This document shows positions 1-12,154 of a stretch of DNA of 55,150 bases, piece by piece. Made by a program: the position numbers and the translations under genes. Location: positions 1 to 55,150 of the forward strand of contig NIVC01004208.1 of NCBI GenBank assembly GCA_002269645.1, read 5' to 3'. Below the pieces are notes generated by a model. That model made no database searches, was not told the origin of the DNA, and worked only from the letters and a program-made list of their open reading frames with translations. Within the stretch, counting starts at the first letter, position 1. Every line of letters starts with the position of its first letter. This DNA is from Macrostomum lignano (taxonomy: Eukaryota).

Positions 1-72
1 TAGTAAAAAGAGACAGTGAACTACCTAAATAGTAAACCGGACACAATCCATCCCTAAATATATCGTCGGCAG

Positions 73-357
73 GAAAATTTCTGGGACGAAAATCCTCACG
101 ATTCAATGTCAATGTCGATGCGACGACACGTCGTTGGAGGTGGCGGCGGCAACAGCGATGGCGAAGGCGTCAGAGGCGGTCCATTTCAAGCGCGTACAGC
201 CGTCGACAAGCGCACATTCCGACGCGAGGAGATGCGTCAACGAGCCAGAGTGATTGACAAGCTGGCCAGGAAGCTGTTCCCTCTGGCATTCGTTCTGTTC
301 AATGTTGTGTACTGGAATCGGCTACAATTTGTGGTGACGAATTTGCTTTTCCTTTAG
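73..357 (+). CDS. Last coding exon of a Cys-loop ligand-gated ion channel subunit (GABA/Gly/GluCl-like), TM4 region
   Basis: RARVIDKLARKLFPLAFVLFNVVYW is the typical IDxxxRxxFPxxFxxFNxxYW TM4 signature. Candidate acceptor CAG at 70-72 is in frame with ORF 106..357. Confidence 0.7.
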   Translation, partial: ENFWDENPHDSMSMSMRRHVVGGGGGNSDGEGVRGGPFQARTAVDKRTFRREEMRQRARVIDKLARKLFPLAFVLFNVVYWNRLQFVVTNLLFL

Positions 358-1623
358 TTAATTCGTATTTATTTTCAAATTAATATAACAAAAAATCCAC
401 AGATTTTGAATTCGATCAAATCAAAGAACGTTCAGTAATGACATTTTTAAAACCGTGATATTAAAGCGTTATAAAACGGAATATTGGTATCGGTTAACTT
501 TTCATATTGTTTTGATAGTTGACCTTCTAGCGAAGCTTGACCGGTTGATAAACATCATGCATGTTAAAAAGCCTGGCAATACTCAGGAAATTTACCCAAT
601 GAGAAATAAAGCGTTACGTGAACCACTTTTGCTTTTATAAGAATACTGGCTAACCCAGCTGAGGAAATGAAGCGGCTATCGTATTGAATGCCTCAAATTA
701 CTAACTTGATTTGATTTAATGAAAACGCTTTTAACGTCTTGTTTTTACTACCTGCAACTAACTTTCTATTTATCTGTTTTTGATGGTCATTATTCGCAGA
801 AAACACAACAGTGCAATTTGGAATCCGAGTTTCACTACACCATGACTGTTTATTAATGCTTCAGCTATTCCTCACAGGCACTAATTGATTCGCTTGAAAT
901 GGCATTATCTGTTGATCACAAATATACCGAAAATTCACAGATTTATACGCAACAGTAACGTATAATTGCATTCAACCGAGAATGGTTCAATAAAACAAAA
1001 AAGTTTCAAAAAGTTTCCATTTGGTAATGATTTTATGTAAATACGCTCTTATAAATTCTTAGCACTAAGGGTTATTTGGAACTTATATTTGCACATACTA
1101 TAACTACGAGCTACCATTGTTACAATTAGACTCAAAATACAGGATGGTTGCAGTTTTACTATGTATCGCATGTCTTTCTTTTTGTAGCTTTATTGTCCTC
1201 CAGCAATGCTTCTCTTTCAAGAGGTGAAAAATCTGCTTATTTTCATTGTTCGTTAACTAACTAATTATCAAAAAACTTCTATGCATTTGATACACTTTTC
1301 TGTCACATTGAAACGATCAAGAACATACATGTGAAATTCACTTCGGATAAAACAATCTCAGAGCGAGACAGGCATCTACAGATTCTGTAAAATTTCTGAT
1401 CTATTAGTGCAATTATCAATTTCAATCTAAAAATCGATAGAGTTGTACCGAAATAGAGAGAATTGCTTCATTTATTGGGATTATATGGAGTTTTTGTTGT
1501 CATTCCAGCATTTAGAGTTGAATTCAGGCTTTCAAAAAGTTCTTGATTTTGAGATTAGTGTTGAATCGTTTTTTGATTATTGATGCAATTAACTAGTGCG
1601 GGTTCAATCACGGATCGATCAGA

Positions 1624-2225
1624 TCAGTTCCAGCCGAAGGGTCCGTGCCTCTTCTGCACAACGGTGAAGCTGTCAATCACTTGGCCCTGCTTATCGTCGC
1701 TCACCTGCTCCAACAAGGCGTGGCTGGCATTGAAGAATGTCACCCTCGTATAGCCATAGTCGGTGCTGCGAAACACGGAAAACTTCGGAGCCTTGTCAAC
1801 AAAGTAGGCGTGCTTCTCCTTGTTGCCAGCCGACCCAGTAATCACGTGAACTGTTGCCCGCGGATTCGTGTAGGTCTTTGTGTCGCTTGTCTTGCCAACA
1901 ACAGATCCGTTGTGCACTGGCCATGTGCGCTCGTACGAGTGCTCGTGGCCCCAGAAGGCCAAGTCCACTCCGTACTTGTGAATCAGCGGCTCCAGACCCC
2001 AGCGGTGCCCGTTGAATCCGAGCGCAGAGTTCGGGCACCCCAGTCGCAGTCTCGACTGTCATTGTTTGAGCAGTACAGCGGCCGGTGGCCGATGAGCACG
2101 ATCCAAGGAGCCGCCGTGCGGTTGAGGTTCGCCTCGCGCAGATCGGCGTCCAACCAGCGGTATTGGCGGCCGAGCTGGGCGGTGCCGTAGTTGGTGAAGA
2201 AGTAAAACTCGTTGCTGATGCTCAC
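1624..2225 (-). CDS. ACP7: Purple acid phosphatase exon 2 (one -1 frameshift near 2020-2040)
   Basis: CAG acceptor at 2226-2228; the splice gives HL|VSISNEFYFF. Motifs GHRPLYCS and VDLAFWGHEHSYER lie in different frames; adding 1 nt restores LRLGFNGHRWGLEPLIHKYGVD. Confidence 0.85.
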
Positions 2226-2230
2226 CTGTA

Positions 2231-2745
2231 GGATTTTGTTTACAGTTTGGATATTGTTTACAGTTTGGATATTGTTTACAGTTTGGATATTGTTTACAGT
2301 TTGGATATTGTTAACAGTTTGGATATTGTTTACAGTTTGGATATTGTTTACAGTTTGGATATTGTTTACAGGTTGGATATTGTTTACAGTTTGGATATTG
2401 TTTACAGTTTGGATATTGTTTACAGCTTTGAATATTGTTTACAGTTTGGATATTGTTTACAGGTTGGATATTGTTTACAGTTTGGATATTGTTTACAGTT
2501 TGGATATTGTTTACAGCTTTGAATATTGTTTACAGTTTGGATATTACACAGTTTGGATATTGTTTACAGTTTGGATATCACACAGTTTTGATATTGTTTA
2601 CAGTTTGGATATTACACAGTTTGGATATTGTTTACAGTTTGGATATCACACCGTTTTGATATTGTTTACAGTTTGGATATTACACAGTTTGGATATTGTT
2701 TACAGTTTGGATATCACACAGTTTTGATATTGTTTACAGTTTGGA
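2231..2745. repeat. 18-bp minisatellite (GGATATTGTTTACAGTTT)n inside the ACP7 intron
   Basis: Tandem copies directly visible; they fill most of intron 2226..2841. Confidence 0.95.
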
Positions 2746-2841
2746 TTAGATTCAGTTGAAATAGCTTGTGTTGCTTGCATTTCGTTCTATTTGGATTATA
2801 TAAATCTTGGATTACCTATACGAGTATAAGAAGTGGCTCAC

Positions 2842-3654
2842 CAGATGCACGGGTCCTATGTTGACGGAGTAGAAGAAATTCTCGCTGCTCCCGGGCATGC
2901 TGAACCGGTTCCGGTAGTGGGAGAAATTGTACTTCTCCTCGTGGTTGCCAACGCAGGTCATGTACGGCACCCGGCTGGCTATGGGCTGCAGCATCTGCAT
3001 GAACCGGTCTCCAACAGCCCCGTTCTCGTCCGGCATGTCGTAGGCAAAGTCGCCGACGTGAACAATTGCGTCGTACATCCGCTGCCTGGTGACGTCATCG
3101 AGTAGTCGCGGCAGAGACTGCGCATTGGCCAGGCCGAAATCGCCAAACACGGCGAAACTGCGTTGAGCTTGGCTGACATTCGGCACTCGGAATTCCATCG
3201 CTGGATACCAGACTGAGCCGTCACTGCTCACGCTGTAGTTGTACCTCTCGCCTGACGACAGGTTCAGCAGCTTGGCTCGGTGAATCCATTGCGCCGATTT
3301 TAGAGGCCCGCCGTCGACGAACTTCGTAGATCGAGCAGTGGCCAGCTGCCACGGCTGATGAGGCGGAGCTGAACAGGCACGGAATCGCGCTAGGGGCAAG
3401 GAGACTTTCGACACCGTGCTCCAGGTGACCACAATGTCGCGCTCTGTGTCGCCAAATGACAGGTGAATGTTGCGAGGCTCGGATGGTTCTTTGACACTTG
3501 GCAACCTGGGCACCGGGTACAGGGGCAGCCATCGGCTGGTTGACTGGATGTAGGCCCGACCTCCGATGGTTAAATCTCGGCCCAGAGCACCGCTGATGCA
3601 GCACAGCAGCAGTAGAGCCAGCCTAGACCTGTGCAACTCTGTTAGCAAAGCCAT
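2842..3654 (-). CDS. ACP7: Purple acid phosphatase (acid phosphatase type 7-like), exon 1
   Basis: Signal peptide, FN3-like N-domain, motifs GDFG, GDFAY, GNHE. GT donor after ...CATCTG at 2841. Confidence 0.9.
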
Positions 3655-4684
3655 AATTATTAAATAACTAACTGATTCCGCACAAGCCTGATTCTGCTCC
3701 AGGTGTAAAGAAAGTCTTGCTATATATCAATCAAAACACGAAAGATCAAAGTTGAAGATTGTAAGTTTGCCAAGTGTTCATATCTTGATCACCTACAGGT
3801 TATATACTGTAACTTCATCTAGGTATGCTGTTGGACAATTTGTTACACGCGATGGATCCGTGTAACAAGTCTAAAAATCTCTAACTTAAATTCAATGTCT
3901 TCATAGGGAAATTCAGACAGAGTCAGAAAGACAAAATTCTTTTAACTTTCTACTGAGATTTTCAGTCAAAAGTAGTGCTAATAGCCTTTTTCGTTACAAA
4001 ACATTGCATTTTGAGATATCACTACTTGCAGACTAACCTATTATAGAAAGCACTGAATTAGCCAACTCAACTATAAACTCTATTTATAGCTTAAAAATGG
4101 GACTAAAAGAGGGAAGATAGGGCTAAGAACACTAGACTTTATTACTAATGTGCATCGGTTACGCAGAGATAGTACAGAGTGGAGTTGTATGTGTACTTCC
4201 GAGGACAACCAATTCGAAATTTGCTTTGCTGAGCAGTTCGTGCCGAATTCACTCAAGGAAAAAACGGCAGAGCAGAGAGTGGGAGAGCACAGTTGAGCAA
4301 GTTCAACTTACTCATTTTCTTCGCATCTTGCCGGAGGGAAATAATTGAAGCAAGAAACCGATGTCAGTGCTGTGTGCGCGGTCAAGACATAGGAAAGAGA
4401 GAAGGCAGCTCAGCTTCATGCTCTCTCATTAGTCAGAAGAAGCTTTCACTTTCCTAAAAGACACTCGGGTTTCCTGAGGGGCTTCGGATTCCCTAAGCCG
4501 AAACAGTGGAAAGCTTACTGGCTGGTGCAGAGAGCTTCGTCTGTCGAACTAAAAGGGCTAAAAGTCGTCCAGTAGATCTGTTAGTGGAAGTCTGAGGGTG
4601 GCGAAACGCTAAATCTGATCATGGTTTCAGATCCGCTGCCATTACTGTGTACAAGTAACGCTGAGGCTAGCAATGTCACTCTGT

Positions 4685-6260
4685 CTTAGTGTCAGTATGC
4701 CTTAGTGTCAGTCTAAGGCACACTGACAGTGCCTTAGACAGTGCCCTAGACAGATGCACACTGACAGTGCCTTAGTGTCAGTGTGCATCGTAGTGTCAGT
4801 GTGTCTTAGTGTCAGTTTGTTTAGTGTCAGTGTGTCTTAGTGTCAGTCTGTCTTAGTGTCAGTCCATCATAGTGTCAGTGTTCTTAGTGTCAGTTTGTTT
4901 AGTGTCAGTGTGTCTTAGTGTCAGTCTGTCTTAGTGTCAGTCCATCATAGTGTCAGTGTTCTTAGTGTCAGTTTGTTTAGTGTCAGTGTGTCTTAGTGTC
5001 AGTCTGTCTTAGTGTCAGTCCATCATAGTGTTAGTGTTCTTAGTGTCAGTTTGTTTAGTGTCAGTATGTGTTAGTGTCATGTCAGTGTGTCTTAATGCCA
5101 GTCCATCGTAGTGTCAGTGCTCTTCTTGTCAGTTTGTTTAGTGTCAGTTTGTCTTAGTGGCAGTCTGTCTTAGTGTCAGTCCATCATAGTGTTAGTTTGT
5201 CTTAGTGTCAGTTTGTTTAGTGCCAGTTTGTCTTAGTGTCATTGTGTCCTTATGCCAGTCCATCGTAGTGTCAGTGCTCTTAGTGTCAGTTTGTTTAGTG
5301 TCAGTGTGTCTTAGTGTCAGTCTGTCCTATTGTCAGTCTGTCTTATTGTCAGTCTGTTTTATTGTTAGTCTGTCTTAGTGTCAGTTTGTTTAGTGTCAGT
5401 ATGTCTTGTGTCAGTTTGTTTAGTGTCAGTGTGTCTTAGTGTCAGTCTGTTTTATTGTTAGTCTGTCTTAGTGCCAGTGTGTCATAGTGTCAGTGTGTCT
5501 TAGTGTCAGTGTGTCTTAGTGTCAGTGTGTCTTAGTGCCAGTGCGTCATAGTGTCAGTGTGTCTTAGTGTCTTAGTGTCAGCATGTCTTAGTGTCAGTGT
5601 GTCTTCGTGTCAGTGTGTCTTCGTGTCAGTGTGTCTTTTTTTATTAGAGGCAGGGGGTTGTGTGCACCCTGGCGCACTTTAAGCGACATAGGCACACAAC
5701 CGTCGAGAGGCATTACTGCCCATTCCGCCGACTCCCCTGAGCAGGCATACAAGCGCGCGGATACGTACGCAGGCACACACACTCACACAGGAGTGTACAG
5801 CGGCCCTAACTTTATATTATCGTTAGGCATGTACACTTCACTGCGCCTTAGGGGGTTGGCTCTCAAGGCCGTTAATTGCACGAGCAGAGCCAAGCCGAGA
5901 TTCCAATTCAGCCCCAAATTAATGTAACTGCACTTGGAATCGAGCCTGGGTCGCTGGCACACCAGAGCAGCTGCGCTTCCGCTGGGCTACGGCCCCCTGT
6001 CAGTGTGTCTTAGTGACAGTGTGTCTTAGTGACAGTGTGTCTTAGTGGCAGAGTGCCTTAGTGTCAGTTCGTCTTAGTGGCAGTTTGTCTTAGTTTCAGT
6101 TCATCTTAGTGTATTTAGTGTCTTAGTGTCAGTTTGTCTTAGTGGCAGTCTGTCTTAGTGTCAGTCCATCGTAGTGTCAGTCCATCGTAGTGTCAGTGTG
6201 TCTTAGCGTCAGTCTGTCTTAGTTTCAGTCTGTTTTAGTGTCAGTCTTAGTGTATTTGAG
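4685..6260. repeat. ~16-bp minisatellite (TAGTGTCAGTGTGTCT-like), interrupted by a SINE
   Basis: Degenerate tandem copies on both sides of 5636..5997. Confidence 0.9.
5636..5997 (-). mobile_element. tRNA-derived SINE
   Basis: The minus strand starts GGGGGCCGTAGCCCAGCGG (A box) ... GGCTCGATTCC (B box) and ends CTCTAAT-A7. The ~360 bp of unique sequence is embedded in a satellite. Confidence 0.75.
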
Positions 6261-7454
6261 ATCCTAGATGATTTGCAGAAAAGTCATGATGGTTGCTTGT
6301 GAGTTTCAGGTTTCAGGGTTAAGTCAGCTCGATGCCAAAGCAAATGAGAACTCAAGGCTTCGATTTTCGAAGGCGAAATTCAAGACATTCCGTTGTTTCT
6401 CGTTTACAGTCGTTTGTCAGTAGTAGCTACCATGATAATAATTCACTTTTTCTCAATGTCTCGATAGATCAGGACAGGTGAAATGTTCTCTCGACCTGTG
6501 CTCGTTGGGTCACAGGTGAGCGCAAGTTGTTGAGAGGAAGGAGGGAGGGAGGAACGGAGAGAAGGGGAGAGTGGCTGGTCAGGCAAACCTATCGCAGGCC
6601 TCCGCCCAAATTCTTATCTCCTGTTTTAAGAGTATTTGGCTAGAAGGGCTCGGAGCTTCGGTCGTGTATCTTGCTCTCAAATGAGCACCCTTATAGCTAG
6701 TATTTATAGTGACTCGAAAGCTTGGCAATATTTTTCTTTCAATTGAGCCAAACAGCAAGTGAAAAGAAACGCGAAGCTTCATTCACTGAAGCAATACAAG
6801 TCAACAGTCCGTTCGAACTCCGAGTGCAGTGGCAATGTTTAGCCGGTAAGTAATCGCTGCACTAATCAGCCTCATTGATGCTTTATTTTGAATGAGCTGT
6901 CATGCCCGTTCCACTGAACCCTGAGAACTTTTAAAGGTTTTGACTTTTAAATCGCCAGGGATGTAAACTCCGTGTCTTGGGAGTTGGCCATTGTACGGGT
7001 TTTTGTGACTACGATTCTGGATGCCAAAATGAAACCAACTTATTTCTGTTAAATTTAAATTCCTTAGTTCTGTAGATCAACCAATCAGTAATGTCGGAGG
7101 CTCAGTAGAGTAGGGTAGGGTAGAAATGCTTTGAGCACAACAACGTGTAGTTATTTGGCAACGAAGTGCTTTTCAATGCAACTCTTACAGAATATTTTTA
7201 GGCATGAATACTCTGAAATAGCGAAGGTTTCTTTGAGCAACTACGGCAGCTGTCATTTCGATAAGGAATAATTACAGCATCAGAATGAGCCATCGCTTTG
7301 TGCTATGCATAAATCAGTCATGATCGGTCGGGAAATTAGCGTGTTAGCTGCTCACTTATTCTTCAGAGAGGGCCTCAATACTTGCTCTTGTGTTTCAGTG
7401 AGTGCTCTCTTTATACAGAGCGTGTTATTTCCTCAGTAAGTGTTTCTCCCTCAT

Positions 7455-8620
7455 TGAGTGCGCAACTTCCTCAGTGAGTGTGCTACTTCCTCAGTGGGTG
7501 TTGCTACTACCTCAGTGAGTGTGCTACTTCCTCAGTGAGTGTGCTACTTCCTCAGTGAGTGTTGCTACTTCCTCAGTGAGTGTGCTACTTCCTCAGTGGG
7601 TGTGCTACTTCCTCAGTGAGTGTGCTACTTCCTCAGTGAGTGTGTTACTTATTCAGTGAGAGTGCTACTTTCTCAGTGAGTGTGCTACTACCTCAGTGAG
7701 TGTGCTACTTCCTCAGTGTGTGTGTGCTACTTCCTCAGTGAGTGTGCCACTTCCTCAGTGAGTGTGCTACTTCCTCAGTGAGTGTGCTACTTCCTCAGTG
7801 AGTGTGCTACTTCCTCAGTGGGTGTGCTACTTCCTCAGTGAGTGTGCTACTTCCTCAGTGAGTGTGTTACTTCTTCAGTGAGAGTGCTACTTTCTCAGTG
7901 AGTGTGCTACTACCTCAGTGAGTGTGCTACTTCCTCAGTGAGTGTGCTACTACCTCAGTGTGTGTGTGCTACTTCCTCAGTGAGTGTGCCACTATCTCAG
8001 TGTGTGTGCTACTTCCTCAGTGAGTGTGCCACTACCTCAGTGTGTGTGCTACTACCTCAGTGAGTGTGCTACTACCTCAGTGAGTGTGCCACTTCCTCAG
8101 TGAGTGTGCTACTTCCTCAGTGAGTGTGCTACTTCCTCAGTGAGTGTGCTACTTCCTCAGTGAGTGTGCTACTACCTCAGTGAGTGTGCTACTTCCTCAG
8201 TGAGTGTGCTACTTCCTCAGTGAGTGTGTTACTTCTTCAGTGAGAGTGCTACTTTCTCAGTGAGTGTGCTACTACCTCAGTGAGTGTGCTACTTCCTCAG
8301 TGAGTATGCTACTACCTCAGTGTGTGTGTGCTACTTCCTCAGTGAGTGTGCCACTATCTCAGTGTGTGTGCTACTTCCTCAGTGAGTGTGCCACTACCTC
8401 AGTGTGTGTGCTACTACCTCAGTGAGTGTGCTACTACCTCAGTGAGTGTGCTACTTCCTCAGTGAGTGTGCCACTTCCTCAGTGAGTGTGCTACTTCCTC
8501 AGTGAGTGTGCTACTTCCTCAGTGAGTGTGCTACTTCCTCAGTGAGTGTGCTACTACCTCAGTGAGTGTGCTACTTCCTCAGTGAGTGTGCCACTATCTC
8601 AGTGAGTGTGCTAATTCCTC
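7455..8620. repeat. 20-bp minisatellite (CCTCAGTGAGTGTGCTACTT)n
   Basis: Long run of tandem near-identical copies with no spacers. Confidence 0.95.
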
Positions 8621-9165
8621 GGCATAAATTCATGCTTTACTGAAGCCTCTGCTAACATCATCTGCAGGTGTTACCCAGCCTCGCTATTCTCGTTCGCGTG
8701 CCAAACGAAAGACGCACTAAGCAAAAAAATATTAACTGTCCCGAATCCTGCCCAAAGCTCTCATTTATCTCACTTTCTCAAAACCATCAGGCATGAATTT
8801 AAGACTTTGAGTAGCAAAATAAGATAAAATATTACTAGCGAAAAACTGAGTTCCATCCTAGAAATTTTTCTCGTCCAGAATTTCGATCAGCTGATCCTAA
8901 CCCCGTTTTCAACCATTGCCTCAAATTTACTGAGGGTTACAGCTAGTTCTAAAACTCTATCGAGAGAAAGTATATAATGGACGATTAGTTAACATCTTAC
9001 AGACCAAAGATAGGTTGGGCCAGAGACAACACGCAAAATTCTGACATACGAATAGAAACAAAGTCGCATTCTTGAACTACTTGCATGCTAGCTCTCAGTC
9101 TTTAACAAAACCCTGTGACCAAAAAATGGCAAGTTTAACCTGTCCAACCATCAGCTGGTCTCTAG

Positions 9166-9443
9166 CAGGGGCGTCGCTACCGGGGGGGGGCACGCGACGC
9201 CTCTGGCGCTAAAATGAGTGCCAGTGGCGCTAAAATGATTGCCTGCGGCGGCGCTAAAATGAGTGCCGGCGGCGCTAAAATGAGTGCCGGCGGCGCTAAA
9301 ATGAGTGCCTGCGGCGCTAAAATGAGTGCTTGTGGCGCTAAAATAGCACCATTCTGAAACTAATGTACATGTAGGAATTTAGGCATGTACATTTACAATA
9401 TGCAGAATTCTTGGCTTTGTCCCCCATAAAATCGACGCCTCTG
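9166..9443. mobile_element. MITE-like element with CAGGGGCGTCG termini and internal GGCGCTAAAATGAGTGCC tandem repeats
   Basis: CAGGGGCGTCG at 9166 and CGACGCCTCTG ending 9443. Flanks GTCTCTAG / CTCTCTGG are a degenerate 8-bp TSD. Confidence 0.55.
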
Positions 9444-10187
9444 CTCTCTGGCCCAATCTACATGTCTTTGTTCTGTAGGATTGCAGCTTGAATGTCCGTT
9501 TTCGTAACTTTGAATGTCAAAAGCCATGCTAATCAAATATAAATAAAGCAGTGGGACACAGGTACTACAATATCACCTGTGCTTCCTCGCAAGCAATCCA
9601 AACAGGCTGGGAAACGCGGATTGAATTTCCAGCTTTGTGGAAGCATCAAACAGCAAAAAGAATATCTCAAATCCGTTCAAAACAGCCATGAAATAACACG
9701 TATCAGGTGTCCGTAGAAATAAATGCACGAATAAAGTAAGTACCACTATAAGTAGTATCACAGGACGAATTGTCTTTATAAAAGGATTCGAAGTTCTAAT
9801 TTTACAGCGCTTTGCGTGCTTCAGTCGTGTGATTTGAAGACTCATCTAGTTTGAACGAGCCCTTAGACTTCTGAGACATGCAGACGTAACAGAGGGTTTA
9901 ATCTGCATCATTTTGTAGTCGACTTGCTAACGAATGATTTCATCTACTGAATTTGACCTTAAATTAGAGACCAAACCTGCTGAATAATAATGTAGAAATT
10001 AGGATACTAGTTATGCCTTTCTCTTGATGACAGCTGGCAGGAATCTGCATTATTAGATTTTTAACCCTCATTAGGCCTCATTATCACACCTAGAAGCATC
10101 ATGTACATAAATTAATTGATGGTATCTGTTTGCTTTTGCAGTATAGAGTGTCGGAAGTTGCCGTGTGTCGGAAAACAGAGACACGGG

Positions 10188-10790
<603 letters not shown>

Positions 10791-12154
10791 ATACAGCAGC
10801 AGATGAACGGGAAAACCAACCTAACTATGACTAAGAATCTAAAAATATAAAAATTAAAATTAAAACTATTTAAAATCGAAACTACTCATAATCTGCAGAT
10901 CTACGTAGGACTCCCCAGTTGTACTTTGCAAATCATGAGTAATTGCCTTTAGTCTTTAAATTCAATAATGGAAGATTGTTAGTTTTCGTACCACGTTAAT
11001 AAGAATTAGTTTCCAGTGAAAACAAATTCAGGAATAATGATTTAGGCTCCCTGTTAGTCACAAAGACACCCAATCTTGTTTACTTGATTAACTGTCAGAT
11101 ATAATCGATTGAAAAAACTCCAGTTCGATGGCTGAAGATAGTTTACAGTTCAACGGATTCTTTCATTAAGAGAAATAACTTTGAGCTCTGAGCAGGAGGT
11201 TAGGGTACGAACTGAGCAACGGAGGGAGGGTCAAAGGGAAAAAGTAATGAAAGTCTGTAGAGCAATCCTAAGTGCCTGTAGTCAAATTCTGACTCAGGAC
11301 GTTCGAATCTATCAATATTCATTTTGTCGAACTTACGGGCACGGAGAAGTTGCAGCCTTTTACCCAGCGATGTGGTTGACAGCTCTAAGTGGGTACAGTA
11401 TTAAGTCCCTATTTCCACGAAATTCGCTCTCGTGGGGAAAGCCTGCGACGATAGACGAAATCCCCAGAGTAGACGGCTGTCTCAACCGTTTATAAAACTA
11501 CTCAGGGATTGAAAGCTGGGAGTCTATCTCTGCCCTACGATAGAGTCTCGGCCACTCTGCAGTAGAAATATACAAGAGCACAAAAAATCGAGTCTTTAAA
11601 GAAGGTCGTGGAGCTCCCGGATTTACGTGCAAGGGGGAAGCCCTGAGAGGCGTTTTCACCCGCCAGTCTCATTCAACAGCTTAGCAAATGCCGGCTCACT
11701 GAGACTGCTTGTTTTCCCTATAGCCGGTTGAGCACAGCAAGGAAAATGCGCTGTTGAGAGAGACAAACGAAAGAATTGATGGCTGAGGGATAGATAGAAA
11801 TGACAGAGACGGAGCTGAGAAGCCACGGAAGCAGAAAAGTTGAGCGGGTCACGCGATCTGTCAATTTTAGCAGCCAATCGAGGCGAGGCAGGACTGCTCT
11901 CGCCCCTTTAAATTCGCGATAGCAGGAAAGAAAAGTAGAGTTCTCAACCCATGTTTCCTAAATCATCTCAAATTCGGACTACCTGGCTGAAGCAGCTGCT
12001 GAAGCGCCTATAAAATGCTCGTAAACTGATACTTTGTGATTTGAAACAACACTTCACCTCGCTCAGGTTTCGCAAGTCCAAGTCGTCCAGCGACAAGGCG
12101 GGTGGCAGCAAAGGCGCCGGCGGCAAAAGAGACGACGGAGGCGACCCGAGCAAG

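Noticed and set aside
2212-2727. ORFs of 171, 91 and 74 aa
   Set aside because: They are translations of the 18-bp intronic minisatellite.
5929-5997. tRNA gene
   Set aside because: A/B boxes are present but the acceptor stem does not close, and it continues into a body and A-tail, so it is a SINE head.
7455-8620. CRISPR-like regular repeats
   Set aside because: Contiguous 20-bp units with no unique spacers and no cas genes, in a eukaryotic context: a minisatellite.
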